Positions 61,901-64,000 of a stretch of DNA of 64,000 nt are shown piece by piece (within the stretch, counting starts at the first letter, position 1; each line of letters opens with the position of its first letter). The translations under genes were made by a program, and so were the position numbers. The notes under the pieces were generated by a model, which saw only the letters and a program-made list of their open reading frames with translations, did not search any database and had not been told where the DNA came from. This DNA comes from Callorhinchus milii. Lineage: Eukaryota. The stretch is taken from positions 78,494,001-78,558,000 of the forward strand of contig NW_024704743.1 of the NCBI RefSeq assembly GCF_018977255.1. Reading direction: 5' to 3'.

Positions 61901-62847
61901 TGCTGATCAGAGACTCCAGTTAAATAATTTGCAGATTCTGAGGTAACATATAACACATCTCCGCAGTGATTTGGGTTGGTGGGGTGAGGCAGCGGGTAAG
62001 GTAGGCGGGATCTCCTTGCAGCTGAGCTATACTGCCTCCAATGTTACATGTTTGGCAACAGAATGTCGGAATCAAACCAACCATACGTTGTGGTCTCAGC
62101 AGTCCATTTCTGAGCCAGGCAGGTCCACAGTACTCCAGGGCACTGCTAATGGCTGATGAAAGATGATTGAGCACATTACTGCTCTTATGACAAAAGATAG
62201 TTAATATTTTCTGGAAGACACCCACTGCTTACAGCACATTTTTCTATTTAATGCAACAGGATTTGATGGAATTAATGGCATGATTTCTGTGAGTAATGAT
62301 CTCCTGGAAATAAACTACAATTAATTGGCAAGTTTATAGCAATAAGCAGTTGATGAATTGTGTGAGACAGTGCATATTAGATGATAATCCTTGCATATAA
62401 GATACAGTATGTCGGAAACCAACATTGCAGATATGAGCAGCTGGTTACTCGTAAATTATTTTTTGGTTAAAGGGAGTTGTCTGGTGTCACAAGATTGGTT
62501 TGGGTGAAAAACATTTTTAAATGTTGCTGAATATACAAATTGTAATGAATATTTGTTTTATTTTGAAGGTTAGAGAAGAAAAACTCTGCTTTGTTAGCAG
62601 CTTTAAACAAGAAACGCACCAAAAAGTTAGCGCATAAAGAGAGGTATTATCCTATTTATTAAGCTGACCATCTCGTCTAAAGCATTTTTGTCACATATTT
62701 ATGGTTGATGAGATATTTAACAAATCATTTAACAAGACTAGGAATATCTGTAGTTAATTTTGAAGGCTTATGGTATTAATATATTTCTGAGGCTTTTTGT
62801 ATCATGGTTCTCTCTACAGCTTATCCGTTGATGTAAAAAATGCATAA
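40860..62847 (+). CDS. CAGE1: Coiled-coil protein, probable orthologue of cancer antigen 1 (CAGE1), 17 coding exons, ~858 aa
   Basis: Hand-spliced exons (plus): 40860-40933, 41440-41543, 43542-43744, 44243-44375, 45478-45557, 48409-48444, 50575-51438, 53030-53311, 54788-54847, 54938-55060, 55410-55559, 58671-58790, 59589-59657, 60607-60711, 61872-61942, 62569-62643, 62820-62847. Total 2577 nt, open, GT-AG, phase-consistent. Head-to-head with RIOK1, as CAGE1 is in human. The C-terminal SKINTILTSMEGLMVSQ and KIIQFADQRLQ...RLEKKN resemble my recollection of human CAGE1. N-terminal exons are less certain. Confidence 0.75.
41440..41543 (+). CDS. CAGE1-like exon 2
   Basis: TAG acceptor, GTAAGA donor, open frame, phase 2->1. 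Confidence 0.65.
41960..42715 (-). mobile_element. Degenerate L2 fragment with a nested plus-strand L2 tail (~42110-42250)
   Basis: ORF 41962-42480 (LQTIQNS..LHWPPILQRINFKIL). Confidence 0.75.
43390..43503 (+). mobile_element. Short L2-type 3' tail just upstream of CAGE1-like exon 3
   Basis: AAGCGCTCTGAGAC...GGGTGCTATATAAAT + (TTG)n. Confidence 0.75.
43542..43744 (+). CDS. CAGE1-like exon 3
   Basis: TAG acceptor, GTACTG donor; overlaps ORF 43556-43756; phase 1->0. Confidence 0.7.
44243..44375 (+). CDS. CAGE1-like exon 4
   Basis: TAG acceptor, GTAAGA donor, phase 0->1. Confidence 0.65.
44500..44694. repeat. Perfect 49-bp inverted repeat (44500-44548 / 44646-44694), 97-nt spacer
   Basis: AACGAGGATTTGGGATTACATCAGTTGCTTTCAGTGGAATTGCTAGCAC and its exact reverse complement. 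Confidence 0.95.
45478..45557 (+). CDS. CAGE1-like exon 5
   Basis: Strong polypyrimidine + CAG acceptor, GTAGAT donor, phase 1->0. Confidence 0.6.
46748..47285 (-). mobile_element. L2 3' fragment
   Basis: (CAA)n tail, stem-loop, RT C-terminal remnant. Confidence 0.85.
48409..48444 (+). CDS. CAGE1-like exon 6 (36 nt, symmetric, skippable)
   Basis: TAG acceptor, GTTAGA donor; EVHHKPDEKLEQ. Confidence 0.45.
49490..49700 (-). mobile_element. Old CR1-like 3' fragment
   Basis: TTCCAGTCACTAATAATCCTCTGCGTAAAGAAAT is the reverse of an FFTQR..W-type motif. Confidence 0.5.
50575..51438 (+). CDS. CAGE1-like exon 7 (864 nt, long heptad coiled coil)
   Basis: Within 304 aa ORF 50542-51456; AAG acceptor, GTAAAT donor; E/K/Q/L-rich heptads. 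Confidence 0.88.
52026..52347 (-). mobile_element. Young SINE (short variant)
   Basis: Near-identical to 28309-28625. Confidence 0.92.
52480..52790 (+). mobile_element. Ancient SINE resembling AmnSINE2-type consensus
   Basis: GTGGGTAAAGACATTG...ACTGAGCCATACAGATCA...CAGGTTCAA...GTGTTGAGTTAG...TCAGCCAGGATTCC...TTGGAAGGTGCGTG; family name from memory. Confidence 0.45.
53030..53311 (+). CDS. CAGE1-like exon 8 (coiled coil)
   Basis: Within ORF 53009-53335; AAG acceptor, GTAGGT donor. Confidence 0.85.
53820..54660 (-). mobile_element. Two tandem old DeuSINE-type copies (~53820-54250, ~54260-54660)
   Basis: TTAAC(G/A)T(C/T)TCATCCAAAGGATG core twice; head GGGGCTTGAACCCACAACC...AGAGGCGAGAG. Confidence 0.7.
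54788..54847 (+). CDS. CAGE1-like exon 9
   Basis: CAG acceptor, GTATGT donor, 60 nt open. Confidence 0.6.
54938..55060 (+). CDS. CAGE1-like exon 10
   Basis: Long polypyrimidine + TAG acceptor, GTAAAT donor. Confidence 0.8.
55410..55559 (+). CDS. CAGE1-like exon 11 (...SRMLSKINTILTSMEGLMVSQ)
   Basis: TAG acceptor, GTAAGT donor. Confidence 0.82.
55873..56170 (-). mobile_element. L2 3' fragment
   Basis: ORF 55844-56176 (PTLWNSIPRSLRLASSLASFKAGLKTLLFD). Confidence 0.9.
56627..58245 (-). mobile_element. 5'-truncated L2 (RT domain to tail) in CAGE1-like intron 11
   Basis: GVPQGSVLGP, NFHMYADDTKLY, FDTVDHSI; frameshifted. Confidence 0.93.
58671..58790 (+). CDS. CAGE1-like exon 12
   Basis: CAG acceptor, GTGAAT donor, 120 nt open. 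Confidence 0.75.
59589..59657 (+). CDS. CAGE1-like exon 13
   Basis: TTTTTCAG acceptor, GTAAGC donor. Confidence 0.75.
60607..60711 (+). CDS. CAGE1-like exon 14
   Basis: CAG acceptor, GTATTA donor; overlaps ORF 60616-60798. Confidence 0.7.
61872..61942 (+). CDS. CAGE1-like exon 15 (VDNFNKIIQFADQRLQLNNLQIL)
   Basis: CAG acceptor, GTAACA donor; ADQRL motif. Confidence 0.8.
62569..62643 (+). CDS. CAGE1-like exon 16 (LEKKNSALLAALNKKRTKKLAHKE)
   Basis: AAG acceptor, GTATTA donor, phase 2->2. Confidence 0.75.
62820..62847 (+). CDS. CAGE1-like terminal exon, coding part (SLSVDVKNA*)
   Basis: CTCTCTACAG acceptor; TAA stop overlapping AATAAA (62846-62851); ATTAAA at 62879-62884. Confidence 0.6.
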
Positions 62848-63059
62848 TAAACATTAAGGCAAAATAATTTGCATTGTTATTAAAGCTTTTGTTAAACAAA
62901 TCTGAACCAACAGATTGCTCCCAATTCTGAAATAGAAGAGTGTGATTAGACTGTAAATGACTGTCTGTAGACTCTGATTGTTAGGCCCATTCTTTGCGAG
63001 GCAGTAAGTGCATTGACATCATGGAATCAGTTGTGGGTGTAAGAGACAGCTCCATAATT

Positions 63060-63405
63060 GAATCCTGTCGTGTAGTGGTTCGAGCACTCGCCTCACAATC
63101 GCGAGAATCTGGGTTCAATTTCCCGGGCAGGGCAAGTTTCCTTACTCTACACGCCACTGTTTACCTAGCAGTAAGTAGGAACCCAGTTGTTAGTCGATTG
63201 GTGGATCACTTTCTGGGGGTAATAATTCCATTAAAAAAAATTTAAAGAATAATCTTAAAAAAATAATTTAGTCACTATAATTTAGCCTGATTGTTTGTGG
63301 GACACTGCTGTGCACGATTGGCTGCAGTGTTTTGCCCACAAAATAAACAGTCAATTTACTTTACAGTATATTCGGTGAAGAGCTTTGAGACGTCTCGAAG
63401 ACGTG
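63060..63405 (+). mobile_element. tRNA-derived SINE (long variant)
   Basis: Head with GGGTTCAATTTCC B box; internal TTTACCTAGCAGTAAGTAGGAACCCAG segment. Confidence 0.85.
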
Positions 63406-64000
63406 CCCCTCATTTACTATTAGATTCATATTGGCTGGTAGTGTATTTTTGGAAAGTTTTCAGCAGTAATCTGATTTTAAAACAGCATAATTCTTTTATA
63501 ATAATGGTGCTGAGCTGTGCTAATCCAACCTTGTTCCTGGCTGTGTGATTAAGAGCAGTTAGGGAAAGCAGTGAGGCACAGACCCTTTGGAGCATAACTT
63601 CAATGCAATGTCTAGGGGGGATTTTCAGCATTTGTTGTTACAGTAATAATAAACATCTGCAGGTCCAAGATTGCCTTGCTGTCATTAATCAAATATTTAA
63701 TTTTACATGTAGCAAGTCTTCAGGGTCCTTGAGTGACAGCAGTAGGATGGGTGGAATGTTTTGTGGTTCCATTGCTGAACAAAACAACCACAATGAGGTG
63801 AACACTTGCACTGCCAAAGGTGAGACTTTCATAGTAGTGCATTAATGCTGAATTTTCATGCTTGGCACTGTCATAGATATACATTTCTAGAATCTCAGTG
63901 GATTTACTTGGTGAGAAGGAAATGGTTAGAAACCTTTCTCAGTAGATTAAATGTCTTGGGTAGAATGCAACATAAAGCAAATCATACATGATCTGTGGAT

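Overview
This is eukaryotic (vertebrate) genomic DNA, almost certainly from a cartilaginous fish. The dominant L2 LINEs, DeuSINE-type SINEs and CR1 fragments suggest a chimaera or shark; that assignment is inference. Two multi-exon genes sit head-to-head. (1) RIOK1 is on the minus strand: 17 coding exons, 38703->24430, 562 aa when spliced by hand, all GT-AG and phase-consistent. (2) A 17-exon coiled-coil gene is on the plus strand: 40860->62847, about 858 aa. By synteny and C-terminal motifs it looks like an orthologue of the mammalian cancer/testis gene CAGE1. Each gene has its own promoter-proximal minisatellite that multiplies a CRE-like motif (5x TGACGTA for RIOK1, 11x TGAGGTCA for the CAGE1-like gene). 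RIOK1 intron 1 holds a ~2.1 kb compound minisatellite that causes the spurious 760-860 aa ORFs. I found no gene in positions 1-23.9 kb, which is full of L2, CR1 and SINE fragments. It also contains a palindromic Penelope-type repeat with a minimal hammerhead-ribozyme motif at 2893-2931 (minus). A perfect 49-bp inverted repeat lies in intron 4 of the CAGE1-like gene. Repeat boundaries are approximate, and family names and protein comparisons come from recall, not from database searches.
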